Shown: positions 1 to 13,090, counted from the stretch's first letter. The stretch: 64,000 nucleotides of DNA from an uncultured bacterium (GCA_965541615.1 CBEUCJ010000002.1:31795-95794); one strand, 5' to 3'. The notes: a model not told the origin generated them from the letters alone. Program-made: numbers and translations.

Positions 1-58
1 AAGAATTATAAAGAGATTTTGAGTTTTTATTATCCAGGTTCAGAATTAAAAAAAATAA

Positions 59-2843
<2,785 letters not shown>

Positions 2844-2851
<8 letters not shown>

Positions 2852-3197
2852 ATTGGCAAAGTTTGAAGAAAAAGAATTAGAAAGACTTAAAAAAGAAAAA
2901 GAAATCCCTGATTTTAAGACAGGTGATACTGTAAGAGTTTATGTAAAAGTAACAGAGCAAGATAAAGTAAGAATCCATCCTTTTGAGGGTATAGTTATAA
3001 GCATACAAGGTGCAAGACACAGAAAGACATTTACTGTAAGAAAGATATCTTTTGGAGAAGGAGTAGAAAGGACATTTCCTTTGTATTCTCCTTCTATTGA
3101 AAAGATAGAGGTATTGAAAAGAGGAAAAGTTAGAAGGAAAAAACTTTATTATTTGAGAGAAAGAGTAGGTAAAAAAGCAAAAGTTAAATCTGCTTAA
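2844..3197 (+). CDS. rplS: 50S ribosomal protein L19
   Basis: 117 aa; KTGDTVRV...FEGIVI...TFTVRKIS...KLYYLRER typical of L19. Confidence 0.9.
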
Positions 3198-3203
3198 AAA
3201 AGG

Positions 3204-3554
3204 ATGATAAAAGGTAAAATTTATGAAGATTTGGCAGTAAAGTTTTTAAAAGAAAATAGATTTAAAATCATTGAGAGAAATTTCAGGTGTAGGTTTGGAG
3301 AAATAGACATAATAGCTAAAGAAAAAAATATACTTTGTTTTATAGAGGTTAAGAAAAGAAAAGGAAATTCTTTAGTAAAATCTTATGAAGCTGTGGATAA
3401 AAGAAAAAGAGAAAAAATACTAAAGACTTCTCTTTTTTATCTTAATCAATGTAAAGAAAAGTTTAGTAATGTAAGATATGATGTAGTTTGCTTAGAAGAA
3501 AAAAATGGAAAAATACTTTTAGATTTGATAAAAGGAGCTTTCTGTTTTGATTGA
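3204..3554 (+). CDS. YraN/UPF0102 family endonuclease-like protein
   Basis: 116 aa; GEIDIIAKE...FIEVKKRKG core typical of UPF0102. Confidence 0.65.
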   Translation: MIKGKIYEDLAVKFLKENRFKIIERNFRCRFGEIDIIAKEKNILCFIEVKKRKGNSLVKSYEAVDKRKREKILKTSLFYLNQCKEKFSNVRYDVVCLEEKNGKILLDLIKGAFCFD

Positions 3555-4110
3555 AATAGAAGAATTTACCAAAAAGCTTTCTGAAAAAACCCCTACTCCT
3601 GGTGGAGGTTCTGTTTTAGGAGTTTTGTCAGCTTTAGGAGTATCTTTGATATCTATGAGTTTGAGATTTTCAATCAAAGAAGATTCTGAGAAAACTTTAG
3701 AGATAAGAGAGTTATTAAAATTTTTAAATAAAAAAAGGATATTTTTTTTAAGATATATTAGAAAAGATCAAATTTCCTATTTAAAAAAAGATGATTTTAA
3801 AAGTGCAAGTGTTGTTCTAAAAGAATTATTAGAATCTATAGAAGAGACGGCAAAAAAATTAAAGAATATTTTTAAAGTATTGAATAAAAATCTTATTTCA
3901 GATTTTTATCTGGGTCTAAAATTATTAGAATTCTCTTATAAAGGAGCAGTTTTGATATTAAAAGAAAATTATATTTTTACAAAAAAGAGTAAAACATTTA
4001 TAAAAAATTTAATAAAAAAATTTGATAAAAAAAATATATTTGATTTCAAAGAGATAGATAAATTTTTAGAAAAAAGATATGGCAATTTTATTAGAGGGAA
4101 AAAAATTTAA
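3547..4110 (+). CDS. formiminotransferase-cyclodeaminase C-domain-like protein (putative methenyl-THF cyclohydrolase)
   Basis: 187 aa; N-terminal TPTPGGGSVLGVLSALGVSL signature of the FTCD_C fold; directly precedes folD. Confidence 0.55.
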   Translation: MIEIEEFTKKLSEKTPTPGGGSVLGVLSALGVSLISMSLRFSIKEDSEKTLEIRELLKFLNKKRIFFLRYIRKDQISYLKKDDFKSASVVLKELLESIEETAKKLKNIFKVLNKNLISDFYLGLKLLEFSYKGAVLILKENYIFTKKSKTFIKNLIKKFDKKNIFDFKEIDKFLEKRYGNFIRGKKI

Positions 4111-4912
4111 AAAAGAACTTTTGGAGGAATTAAAAGAGAAAAGAAAGAAAATCAAAAATATAAAATTAGTCAATATTTATGTTGAGAAAAGAGCAGATTT
4201 AGAGATTTATATAAAAGAACAAAAAAAATTGTCTCAGATTTTAGAAGTAGATTTTATAGAGATGAATTTAAAAAGAGAAGAAGAAATAATTCAAAAGATT
4301 AAAGTCTTAAATTCAGATCCTCAAATAACAGGTATCTTTATTCAGCATCCTTTACCTAAGGGATTTAATTATTTTAAAATAATTGAAGTTATTTCTCCCT
4401 TAAAGGATGTTGAAGGAATTACTCCCCAAAATTTAGGTCAGATTTTTTTAGGTAAGCCTTTTTTGATACCCCCTCCAGCTTTTGCAGCTTATTTTTTAAT
4501 AAAATCTACAAAAGTAGATTTGAAAGGAAAACAAGCTGTAATAATTGGACATTCAGAGATTATAGGAAAGCCTTTAGCGCACTTGTTGTTAAATGAATTA
4601 TGTACAGTAAGTATCTGTCACATAGCTACTTTTAATTCTGGAAAATTATTTGACTACACCAAAGTTGCTGACATTTTATGTGTAGGAGTGGGTAAACCTT
4701 CTTTAATAAAAGCTTCTCATATTAAAGAAGGTAGTATTATAATAGACTTAGGAGTAAATAAAGTTCAGGATAAAATTATAGGAGATGTTGAATTTGAATC
4801 TGCAACAAAGAAAGCAAGTTTTCTTACTCCAGTACCTGGAGGAGTAGGCCCTTTAACATCTGTTTTTTTATTTAAAAATTTATTTAAGTTAGCAGAGTTA
4901 AATGGAGTTTAA
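4079..4912 (+). CDS. folD: bifunctional 5,10-methylene-THF dehydrogenase/cyclohydrolase
   Basis: 277 aa; GHSEIIGKPLAHLL and DLGVN motifs; C1 context. Confidence 0.85.
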   Translation: MAILLEGKKFKKELLEELKEKRKKIKNIKLVNIYVEKRADLEIYIKEQKKLSQILEVDFIEMNLKREEEIIQKIKVLNSDPQITGIFIQHPLPKGFNYFKIIEVISPLKDVEGITPQNLGQIFLGKPFLIPPPAFAAYFLIKSTKVDLKGKQAVIIGHSEIIGKPLAHLLLNELCTVSICHIATFNSGKLFDYTKVADILCVGVGKPSLIKASHIKEGSIIIDLGVNKVQDKIIGDVEFESATKKASFLTPVPGGVGPLTSVFLFKNLFKLAELNGV

Positions 4913-5768
4913 AGAAAAACTTAAAAAAGGAATCTTTGTAAAGACTTTGGAAGTTTCTCCTCCCAAAGGTACAGACCTTTCATACTTAATAAAAAAACTT
5001 CAACCTTTTAAAAATAAGATAGATGCTATAAATGTCACAGATAGCCAGAGTGCTGTAATGAGATTAGGAGCATTAGCTGCTTCTTATATTTTAGAAAAAG
5101 AAGGGTTTGAGACGATCTGTCAGCTTACTTGTAGAGATAGAAATAGGATAGCTTTACAACAAGAGTTGTTATCTATGAGTGTTTTGGGTATAAAAAATGT
5201 TTTGATATTAACAGGAGATCATCCAAAATATGGGGATCATCCTCAAGCAAAACCTGTTTTTGATTTAGATTCTATAGAACTAATAGGTGTAGCTAAAAGA
5301 CTAAATGAGGGAGTAGATATGGCAGGAAAAAAATTAAACAAACCTACTCAGCTTTTTATAGGAGGAGCTTTTAACCCTAATGTTGAACCTCAAAAGAAAG
5401 AGTTGAAAAGATTAGAAAAAAAGATAGAAAATGGAGCTCAATTCTTCCAATCGCAAGCTTTTTTTGAGCCCAAAAAGTTTATAGAATTTTGCAAAGAGGC
5501 TAATAAATTTAAAAAACCTCTTATTGCAGGTATACTGTTTTTAAAATCGTTAAAGACTGCTAAATTTATATCAGAAAATATATCAGGAGTGTATGTTCCT
5601 CAAAGAATAATAAGAAAATTAGAGACTGCTCAAAATGAAAGAACTCAAGCGATTCAAATAGCAAAGGATTTGATTTTAGAAGTGAAAGATTACGTGCAAG
5701 GAGTCCACTTTATGTTTTTGGGAGATTTTGAAGCTGTTTTAGAGATTTTAGAGGAATTAAAATTATGA
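4902..5768 (+). CDS. metF: 5,10-methylenetetrahydrofolate reductase
   Basis: 288 aa; TIM-barrel MTHFR-like (INVTDSQSA, LTCRD, ILTGDHP). Confidence 0.8.
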   Translation: MEFKEKLKKGIFVKTLEVSPPKGTDLSYLIKKLQPFKNKIDAINVTDSQSAVMRLGALAASYILEKEGFETICQLTCRDRNRIALQQELLSMSVLGIKNVLILTGDHPKYGDHPQAKPVFDLDSIELIGVAKRLNEGVDMAGKKLNKPTQLFIGGAFNPNVEPQKKELKRLEKKIENGAQFFQSQAFFEPKKFIEFCKEANKFKKPLIAGILFLKSLKTAKFISENISGVYVPQRIIRKLETAQNERTQAIQIAKDLILEVKDYVQGVHFMFLGDFEAVLEILEELKL

Positions 5769-6679
5769 AGATTTTAATAATAGGAGCTTCATTTTCAGGA
5801 ATAATGCTTGCACAAAGATTAAAAGAATTAAATCCTCATTTAGATATAGAATTAATAACTAAAGACCGGAACCCTTATAAAAAAAATCTTCTTTTAAAAT
5901 TTTTAAAAAATCAGATAAGATCAAAAGAACTTTTATTTTCTTTAGAAGGGTTGAATGTGATAAGAGGGAAAAAGGCAGTTAAGATAAATTTAAATAAAAG
6001 AGTTATCTTATTAGAAGATAATTCTAAAAAAAGTTTTGATATTTTGGTAATCTGTACAGGTTCAAGACCTAAATATTTAGGTGTTCCTGGAATCCACAAG
6101 AGAGGGGTAGTCTGTCTCTATACTTTAGAAGATATAAAGTTTATAAAAGATTCAAAAGATTTCTCTCGACATGTTATTTTGTACTTAAAGACTAAGTTGG
6201 GTTTAGAGATTTTAGATTTATTTTTAGATAAAAAAGATAATTTTAAAATAATAATCCCTGTTTTGAATATATTTAAAGAATCTGAAATTTCAAATATTTT
6301 AGAGTTATCTAAAAGAGAGAAGATAGATGTTTTATTAGAAAGAGATGTAAAACAAATAATTGGTAATGGAGATGTAAAAGCAGTAGAATTAGATACAGGT
6401 AAAATAATAGCTTGCGATCTTTTTATTACTGATACGGGTCTAAAGCCTAATTTAGAGATTTTGAGAAATACAAATTTAGAAACAGAAGACTATTTAAAAG
6501 TTAATGAGAATTTTGAGACAAATATCGAAGGAGTGTATGGTTTGGGAGATGTGATAAGAGAAGATTTAGAAGAAGCTATAGATTTTTCTGGAAGTATAGA
6601 GAGAATTAGAACATGTGCATTTAAGTTAGCTCAGATTATCTTTGAAAAAGTTAAGTCGAATTCTTTAATCAGCTATTAA
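5765..6679 (+). CDS. pyridine-nucleotide-disulfide-oxidoreductase-like protein with degenerate dinucleotide-binding motifs
   Basis: 304 aa; retains ICTGSRPK and GLGDVI motifs of the family but both GxGxxG motifs are degenerate (IIGASFSG; ILYLKTKLGLE); start overlaps metF stop. Confidence 0.4.
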   Translation: MKILIIGASFSGIMLAQRLKELNPHLDIELITKDRNPYKKNLLLKFLKNQIRSKELLFSLEGLNVIRGKKAVKINLNKRVILLEDNSKKSFDILVICTGSRPKYLGVPGIHKRGVVCLYTLEDIKFIKDSKDFSRHVILYLKTKLGLEILDLFLDKKDNFKIIIPVLNIFKESEISNILELSKREKIDVLLERDVKQIIGNGDVKAVELDTGKIIACDLFITDTGLKPNLEILRNTNLETEDYLKVNENFETNIEGVYGLGDVIREDLEEAIDFSGSIERIRTCAFKLAQIIFEKVKSNSLISY

Positions 6680-6681
6680 AG

Positions 6682-7905
6682 ATGGAGTTTAAAGATATAA
6701 TCCCTTTTAAAGGAATTTATTTTAATGAGAAGAAGATAAAGAACTTAGATAAGGTGTTCTGTCCTATTTATGATCTGATAAGTTCTGAGAAAGAGAAGTT
6801 TTATAAGAAAGCTTCTAAATACAATGTAATAAATCTTATATTAAGAAAACCTCCCACACATAATGAATATAAAAAAGCAAGAGAGCTTGTAAAAGAATGG
6901 TTGGACAAAAATATACTTATAAAAGAAAAAGAGGATAAAATTTATCCTTTAGAGATAGAATATTCAAAGAAAAGATTAAAAGGATTTTTTGCTCTTTTGA
7001 ATGTTAAGCCTTTTAAGACTAAGATTTATGCTCACGAAAAAACCCACACTTTTCCTATTAAAGATAGATTTTTATTATTGAAATCTACTCAATTTAATTT
7101 TTGTTCCATATTTTTGGCTTCTTTGAATAAAAATTTGATTATAAAAGACTTCTTTGAGAAAAATATAAAAAAATTCGATAGGATACTTTGTGTTCAAGAT
7201 AATTTTAAAAATAAATTTAAATTATTCTCTTTAAAAGTAGATTCTACAGTAGAAGATTTTCTCTTTTCTTTGAAAGAATTTCTCATAGCAGATGGTCATC
7301 ATAGGTTTAAAGTAGCTTTGAATTATGCAGATTACTTAAACAAGAAGAATTCAGAGTTTTCAAAATCAGCTCAATATATATTAGCCTTCTTTACAGATTT
7401 TTTTCAAGAAGGTTTGTATTTAGGAACATTCCATAGGATAATCAGGCTAAACTTAAAAGATGAAGATTTTTTTAAGAGATTGGAGAATTATTTTAAAATA
7501 AAAAAGATGAGTTCAGTTAAAAAGTTTTTGAATAATAGTAGGAATCAGAATTCTTTAAAGATAGGTTTGGTAACTGCAAATAAGAAATGTATTTTAGAGC
7601 CTACAGAGAGAATAAGAAAGAAAGAGTTTAAAGATTTTGAAGTTTTATTTTTGCATGAATTCTTATTTAAAAAAGTATTAAATTTAAATTTAAAAGAGCA
7701 AGATATAATTTATACTCCTTCAGCAGAAGAAGCAATATCTAAAATTGATAGTCACACAAAAAGTTTTTTATTAAGGCCTTTTAAAAAAGAGAAGGTACTT
7801 AAAATTGTAAAAAGAAATAAATTGTTTCCTCAAAAAAGTACATATTTTTATCCTAAGTTGTTGACAGGTTTAGTAATGAGAGATTTAAGAGATGGGATTA
7901 TTTAA
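6682..7905 (+). CDS. DUF1015-like hypothetical protein
   Basis: 407 aa; ADGHHR motif I recall as the DUF1015 hallmark; no other recognisable domain. Confidence 0.4.
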   Translation: MEFKDIIPFKGIYFNEKKIKNLDKVFCPIYDLISSEKEKFYKKASKYNVINLILRKPPTHNEYKKARELVKEWLDKNILIKEKEDKIYPLEIEYSKKRLKGFFALLNVKPFKTKIYAHEKTHTFPIKDRFLLLKSTQFNFCSIFLASLNKNLIIKDFFEKNIKKFDRILCVQDNFKNKFKLFSLKVDSTVEDFLFSLKEFLIADGHHRFKVALNYADYLNKKNSEFSKSAQYILAFFTDFFQEGLYLGTFHRIIRLNLKDEDFFKRLENYFKIKKMSSVKKFLNNSRNQNSLKIGLVTANKKCILEPTERIRKKEFKDFEVLFLHEFLFKKVLNLNLKEQDIIYTPSAEEAISKIDSHTKSFLLRPFKKEKVLKIVKRNKLFPQKSTYFYPKLLTGLVMRDLRDGII

Positions 7906-8734
7906 AAAAAGACTTAAATACACCATAGTAAGAATTAAGAAAAAGAATATCCCAGATGGGTTATGGGTAAGATGTGAAAAATGTCTAAAGATAATATTTA
8001 AAAAAACACTCTTAGAAAACTTAAAAGTATGTCCACATTGTAATTATCATTTCCCTTTGACTGCCTATGAGAGAATAGACCTTTTAATAGATAAAGGTAC
8101 TTTTCAAGAGTATGATAAAGTTTTGGCTCCTTTAGATCCTTTAAATTTTAAGGGTCCAAAAAGTTACATAGAAAAACTATCCCAAGATCAGCAAAAAACT
8201 GGTTTAAAAGATGCTGCTGTCACAGGAAGAGGAAAGTTAAATGGCAAAGATATAGTTATAGGAGTCACAGACTCAAGATTTATTATGGGATCTATGGGTT
8301 CTGTAGTTGGAGAAAAGATTACTAGAATCGCAGAAAAAGCTTTAGAGTTTAAAATACCTCTAATAATTGTTTCTGGATCTGGAGGAGGAGCAAGGATGTA
8401 TGAAGGAATGTTAAGTTTAATGCAGATGGCAAAGACTTCAGCTGTTTTATCAAAACTCCATTCAGAAAGAATTCCTTACATCTCAGTACTGACTCATCCT
8501 ACAATGGCAGGAGTTATGGCTTCTTTTGCAGGTTTAGGAGATATAATTATAGCTGAACCTGACAGTCTAATAGGATTTACAGGACCTAGAGTTATCGAGC
8601 AGACTATAAAGCAAAAATTACCTCCAGGATTTCAAAGATCAGAATTTATGTTAGAGCATGGCTTAATTGATATTGTAGTTGAGAGAAAAGAATTAAAAAG
8701 AGTTATCTCTCTTATTTTGGAGTATCTGGCTTGA
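7892..8734 (+). CDS. accD: acetyl-CoA carboxylase carboxyltransferase beta subunit
   Basis: 280 aa; N-terminal CxxC...CxxC zinc finger (CEKC...CPHC) and carboxyltransferase core. Confidence 0.85.
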   Translation: MGLFKKRLKYTIVRIKKKNIPDGLWVRCEKCLKIIFKKTLLENLKVCPHCNYHFPLTAYERIDLLIDKGTFQEYDKVLAPLDPLNFKGPKSYIEKLSQDQQKTGLKDAAVTGRGKLNGKDIVIGVTDSRFIMGSMGSVVGEKITRIAEKALEFKIPLIIVSGSGGGARMYEGMLSLMQMAKTSAVLSKLHSERIPYISVLTHPTMAGVMASFAGLGDIIIAEPDSLIGFTGPRVIEQTIKQKLPPGFQRSEFMLEHGLIDIVVERKELKRVISLILEYLA

Positions 8735-8767
8735 CGTTTTTAGAATTACTTTTATAATTTTTTTTCT

Positions 8768-9871
8768 ATGGCTCAAGTCAGTTTAGTTAATGTCACCAAA
8801 GTTTATCCAGGAGGAGTAGTAGCAGTCAAAGACGTAAATTTAGGCATTGAAAATAAAGAATTTGTAGTTTTGTTAGGTCCTTCAGGATGTGGTAAATCTA
8901 CGACATTAAGAATGATAGCTGGTTTAGAAAAGGTTACGAAAGGTAAAATTTACATAGGAGATAAATTAGTAAATGATATTCCTCCTAAAGACAGAAATGT
9001 AGCTATGGTATTTCAAAATTATGCTCTGTATCCTCATATGACAGTCTATGAGAATATGGCATTTGGTTTAAAGTTACGTAAGATCCCTAAAGATGAGATT
9101 AAAAAAAGAGTTTTAGAAGCTGCTTCCATTTTGGGGATAAAACATCTTTTAGATAGAAAGCCAAAGGAACTCTCAGGTGGAGAAAGACAAAGAGTAGCTG
9201 TAGGAAGAGCTATTGTAAGAAAACCTTTAGTGTTTTTGTTCGATGAACCTTTGAGTAATTTAGATGCTAAGATGAGGGTACAGATGCGAACTGAACTCCA
9301 TAAACTCCATTTAAGGCTCCAAACTACAATGATTTATGTTACTCATGATCAGATAGAGGCTATGACTTTGGGTAACAGGATAGCTGTAATGAAAGATGGT
9401 CAAATACAACAGTTCGCAGAGCCTTTGGTTGTTTATGAAAATCCTGCAAACAAATTCGTTGCTGGATTTTTAGGTTCTCCTCCTATGAATTTTATGGAAG
9501 GTAGGATTATAAAGATAGAAAGAAAGTATTATTTTGATGAGGGGAGTATAAGATTAAAGATTTCAGAAGATAAATACGAAAAAATTTCTTCTTACGAGGG
9601 GAAAGAAGTTATATTTGGAATAAGACCAGAAAACATTTATGATAAACTCTTTACACCTGAAGCTTCAAAAGAGATCTGTGCAAGGGTAAGGTGTGAAGTT
9701 ACAGAATCTATGGGTTCAGAGACTTATGTGTATTTAAATACTGCCCGCCATAGTTTCATAATGAAGACCTCTCTTAATAACATCCCTGCCATTGGTCAAG
9801 AGTTAGAAGTAGTTTTTGACATGAATAAGGCAAAATTTTTTGATAAAGAAACAGAAGTAACCATTGCATAG
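8768..9871 (+). CDS. ABC transporter ATP-binding protein, MalK/UgpC/MsmK type
   Basis: 367 aa; Walker A GPSGCGKST, LSGGERQRVA signature, Walker B LFDEPLSNLD, C-terminal TOBE-like domain; no permease or binding-protein gene adjacent. Confidence 0.8.
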   Translation: MAQVSLVNVTKVYPGGVVAVKDVNLGIENKEFVVLLGPSGCGKSTTLRMIAGLEKVTKGKIYIGDKLVNDIPPKDRNVAMVFQNYALYPHMTVYENMAFGLKLRKIPKDEIKKRVLEAASILGIKHLLDRKPKELSGGERQRVAVGRAIVRKPLVFLFDEPLSNLDAKMRVQMRTELHKLHLRLQTTMIYVTHDQIEAMTLGNRIAVMKDGQIQQFAEPLVVYENPANKFVAGFLGSPPMNFMEGRIIKIERKYYFDEGSIRLKISEDKYEKISSYEGKEVIFGIRPENIYDKLFTPEASKEICARVRCEVTESMGSETYVYLNTARHSFIMKTSLNNIPAIGQELEVVFDMNKAKFFDKETEVTIA

Positions 9872-11111
9872 AGGATTAAAACTTCTGCTTTTAATAAATC
9901 TTGTATTCTCTGTAATCTTTGGTTCATGCAGTTTAATACTTTTGCCTAAATTTTCTTTTTTTGTTCTCTCTTCATTTATAATCTTTCTTATTTTTGTATT
10001 CTTCATTGAGAGGAGATTTTTAAAAGAAAAAAGAAATTTAGAGATAGAGTTTGAGCATCTTGAAGAGAAGAAAAATCTATTAGAAGAAGAAATCAAAAAA
10101 ATTAACAGTCTTAAAGATCAGCTTCCTACAGAGATAACTCAATATAGAACTTTAGGAGATTTTCAAGTTATGCTTTCAAAGTATTTAGAACCTAATATTT
10201 TATGTAGAGAGTTTTTAAAAAAGATTACAGAAGTATTTTCAGCAGATAATTTTTTAATATATCTTATAAACTTTGAAAAGCAGACTTTAGAACTCAAATT
10301 TTCAAAAAAGACTTCATACATAAAAGAGAAAAAAGGAGATATTATAGATAAACAAGTAGTCTGCACTAACAAACCTATTTTGATAGAAGATATAAAAAAA
10401 GACTTTAGATTTCCGTATGAAGAGTTAACTTCTAAAGATAGATTTTCTTCTTTGATTGCAGCTCCCATTTCAGTAGGAGATAAAGTTTATGGGTTAATAA
10501 GATTGGAATCAGTCAAAGCTTTTAATTTTAACATCTCAGATTTAAGATTTCTTCAAACTTTAACAGAGATCTTTTCGTTAGTCTTAGAAAATAGTTTTCT
10601 TTACAAAAAGATGAAGGATTTGGCTATAAAAGATTCTCTGACAGGTCTGTATTTAAGGAATTATACTTTAGAAAGGTTCAATGAAGAAATAAAAAGAGCA
10701 CAAAAATTTAATAGAGAGATTTCATTGCTTTTGTTAGATATAGATCATTTTAAAAAATGCAATGATACCTATGGACATTTAGTGGGAGATTTAGTTTTAA
10801 AAAATACAGCTGAAGTTATTAAACAGGTAATAGGAGATGCAGGAAATATTATCTGTAGGCTAGGAGGTGAAGAGTTTCTTATAATCTTGCCTAATGTAAA
10901 TTTATCAGGTGCTATAAAAATAGCTGAAGATTTACGCACTCAAATAGAGAGAGATGAGTTTAAGATAAGAAGAAAGACCATAAAAATTACAGTCTCTATT
11001 GGGATAGCTGTTTATCCTAAAGATGGTAAAGACTTTTTTTCTCTTCTTCAAAGAGCAGATAAGAATCTTTATAAAGCTAAAACTTTGGGGAGAAATAAAG
11101 TATGTTATTGA
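9864..11111 (+). CDS. membrane-anchored GAF-GGDEF diguanylate cyclase
   Basis: 415 aa; two N-terminal TM helices, GAF-like middle region, GGEEF active site (RLGGEEF). Confidence 0.75.
   Translation: MHRGLKLLLLINLVFSVIFGSCSLILLPKFSFFVLSSFIIFLIFVFFIERRFLKEKRNLEIEFEHLEEKKNLLEEEIKKINSLKDQLPTEITQYRTLGDFQVMLSKYLEPNILCREFLKKITEVFSADNFLIYLINFEKQTLELKFSKKTSYIKEKKGDIIDKQVVCTNKPILIEDIKKDFRFPYEELTSKDRFSSLIAAPISVGDKVYGLIRLESVKAFNFNISDLRFLQTLTEIFSLVLENSFLYKKMKDLAIKDSLTGLYLRNYTLERFNEEIKRAQKFNREISLLLLDIDHFKKCNDTYGHLVGDLVLKNTAEVIKQVIGDAGNIICRLGGEEFLIILPNVNLSGAIKIAEDLRTQIERDEFKIRRKTIKITVSIGIAVYPKDGKDFFSLLQRADKNLYKAKTLGRNKVCY
10737..10790 (+). repeat. 54-nt near-identical tract shared by the two tandem GGDEF genes (copy 1)
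   Basis: gatatagatcattttaaaaaatgcaatgatacctatggacatttagt[g/a]ggagat differs at one position from copy 2, while the flanking gene sequence is diverged. Confidence 0.8.
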
Positions 11112-12076
11112 TTCTTTATGTAATTTCTCTTTTAATTTTCTTGGTTAGCTTGAGGATATACACCAGTTTTGTGCTTATAGATAAAAGATTGAGATTAAAA
11201 TTATTTAATGAAATCTTAAAAGAACTTTCTTTTAAAAAAGAGAGTTTAGATAAAGAATTTAAAGAATTAAATGAGAAGAGTAAACTTTATTTTGAATTTT
11301 TTGAAGCATTAAGAGAACTCTCTTTAATTTCAGAAGAAAAGGAACTTTTCTTAAAGTTTGAAAAGATTTTAAGCAAATTCTATGAGTTTAAAGAGATAAG
11401 GTTCTTTGCATCTAAAGAAGAAGGTCTGTCAGATTTTGAGTATTTTCTGATCCCAGAAAAGAATTTAGGATTTAAATTTTTAGGAATAAAAGGATTCAAA
11501 GCACAAGATACATTTTTCTTAAAAGTCCTTATAAAACAATTTTGTGTATGTTTGAAAAGATTAAGATTGTACAAAGCTATAGAAGAATTAGCTATCTATG
11601 ATTCTTTAACAGGAGTTTTTAGCAGAGCTCATCTTATGGAAAGATTAAAAGATGAGTATTTTAGATCTAAAAAATTTAATCTAAATCTTGGGATATTAAT
11701 GTGTGATATAGATCATTTTAAAAAATGCAATGATACCTATGGACATTTAGTAGGAGATGTAGTTTTAAAAGAAGTTGCCAGATGTATAAAGGATAGTATA
11801 AGAAGTATAGATTTTGTAGGAAGATATGGAGGAGAAGAGTTTTTGGTAGTTTTGCCTGAAGTAGAAAAAAATGATCTAAAGCTTGTAGCTGAAAGAATAT
11901 TAACAGCTGTTAGACAAAAACAAATACAAGCTTACGATGAGATTTTAAAGGTTACTATTAGTATAGGTGGAGCTAATTTTCCTTCTGATTCTCAAGATTT
12001 AACAGAGTTAATAGAAAAAGCAGATAGTAATCTCTATACAGCTAAAAGAACAGGCAGAGATAAAGCGGTTATTTAA
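11102..12076 (+). CDS. membrane-anchored GGDEF diguanylate cyclase
   Basis: 324 aa; N-terminal TM helix, GGEEF active site (RYGGEEF); paralogue of the upstream gene. Confidence 0.75.
   Translation: MLLILYVISLLIFLVSLRIYTSFVLIDKRLRLKLFNEILKELSFKKESLDKEFKELNEKSKLYFEFFEALRELSLISEEKELFLKFEKILSKFYEFKEIRFFASKEEGLSDFEYFLIPEKNLGFKFLGIKGFKAQDTFFLKVLIKQFCVCLKRLRLYKAIEELAIYDSLTGVFSRAHLMERLKDEYFRSKKFNLNLGILMCDIDHFKKCNDTYGHLVGDVVLKEVARCIKDSIRSIDFVGRYGGEEFLVVLPEVEKNDLKLVAERILTAVRQKQIQAYDEILKVTISIGGANFPSDSQDLTELIEKADSNLYTAKRTGRDKAVI
11705..11758 (+). repeat. 54-nt near-identical tract shared by the two tandem GGDEF genes (copy 2)
   Basis: Same tract as 10737-10790, encoding DIDHFKKCNDTYGHLVGD in both proteins. 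Confidence 0.8.
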
Positions 12077-12109
12077 TTCTTTCTTGAAAATAAAGATAAA
12101 GAAGATAAA

Positions 12110-13090
12110 ATGAAGAGCAATATGAAAAGAGTATTAATAGGTGTAGATTGGGGGGGTACTTTCTTAAAAGTAGGCATTTTAGATTCTAAATTCTCAGTAA
12201 GAATAAAAAAGATCATACCTACAAAGGAGATTGAGAAGAAAAAAGATTTTTTATCCAAATTCCCACAGATAATAAAATCCATTCTCAAAAAAATTAATTT
12301 AACTGAAAAAAATGTAAGAGCTTTAGGTATTGGAGCTCCAGGAATAATCGATGTTAAAAAAGGCTATATATATGTGCTTCCTAATGTGAAAGGATGGGAA
12401 GGTGTAAATTTAAAAAAACTTTTAGAAAGAAGATTTAAATTTCCTGTTTTTATAGATAATGATGCAAATCTTATCGCTTTAGCTGAAAGCAGGTTAGGTG
12501 CAGGTAAGAACTTTAGTAATTTTTTATGCTTAACGTTAGGGACAGGTGTAGGAGGAGGTTTGATATTGAATAAGAAATTACACAGACCCAGAGGAATTTC
12601 AAATTGTGAGGCAGGTCATTTTTGTATAGATTTAGAAGGCAAACTCTGTGCTTGTGGGGCTAAAGGTTGCATTGAAACTTTTGTAGGTAATAAATATTTA
12701 ATAGATTTTTATAAAACTACTCATAAGAAATTACCTCCTCTGTTAAAAAAATTAATCTCAGTAGAAAATGAAAAAGAATTGACCCCAAAGATTCTGTACA
12801 AAGCAGCACTTACAGGAGATAAAGATAGTATAAAAGTCTTTAAGAGATTAGCACGAGCTTTAGGTTTTTATATAACAGGAGTAATAAATCTTTTAGGTTT
12901 GGAAGCTGTAATTATAGGGGGAGGAATAGCTAGCTCTTGGAGATTAATATCGAAAGATATAAAGAAAATAGTTAGAGAATATGCTATGCCACCTTTTAAT
13001 AGAACAGTAAAGATATTAAAGACTCAATTAAAAGAAGATGCAGGAATTTTAGGAGCAGGTATTTTAGCAAAAGAGGGGGTAGGAGTATGA
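12110..13090 (+). CDS. ROK family glucokinase/sugar kinase
   Basis: 326 aa; IGVDWGGT N-terminus; ROK zinc motif CxCGxxGCxE ([10 protein letters not shown]). Confidence 0.75.
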   Translation: MKSNMKRVLIGVDWGGTFLKVGILDSKFSVRIKKIIPTKEIEKKKDFLSKFPQIIKSILKKINLTEKNVRALGIGAPGIIDVKKGYIYVLPNVKGWEGVNLKKLLERRFKFPVFIDNDANLIALAESRLGAGKNFSNFLCLTLGTGVGGGLILNKKLHRPRGISNCEAGHFCIDLEGKLCACGAKGCIETFVGNKYLIDFYKTTHKKLPPLLKKLISVENEKELTPKILYKAALTGDKDSIKVFKRLARALGFYITGVINLLGLEAVIIGGGIASSWRLISKDIKKIVREYAMPPFNRTVKILKTQLKEDAGILGAGILAKEGVGV

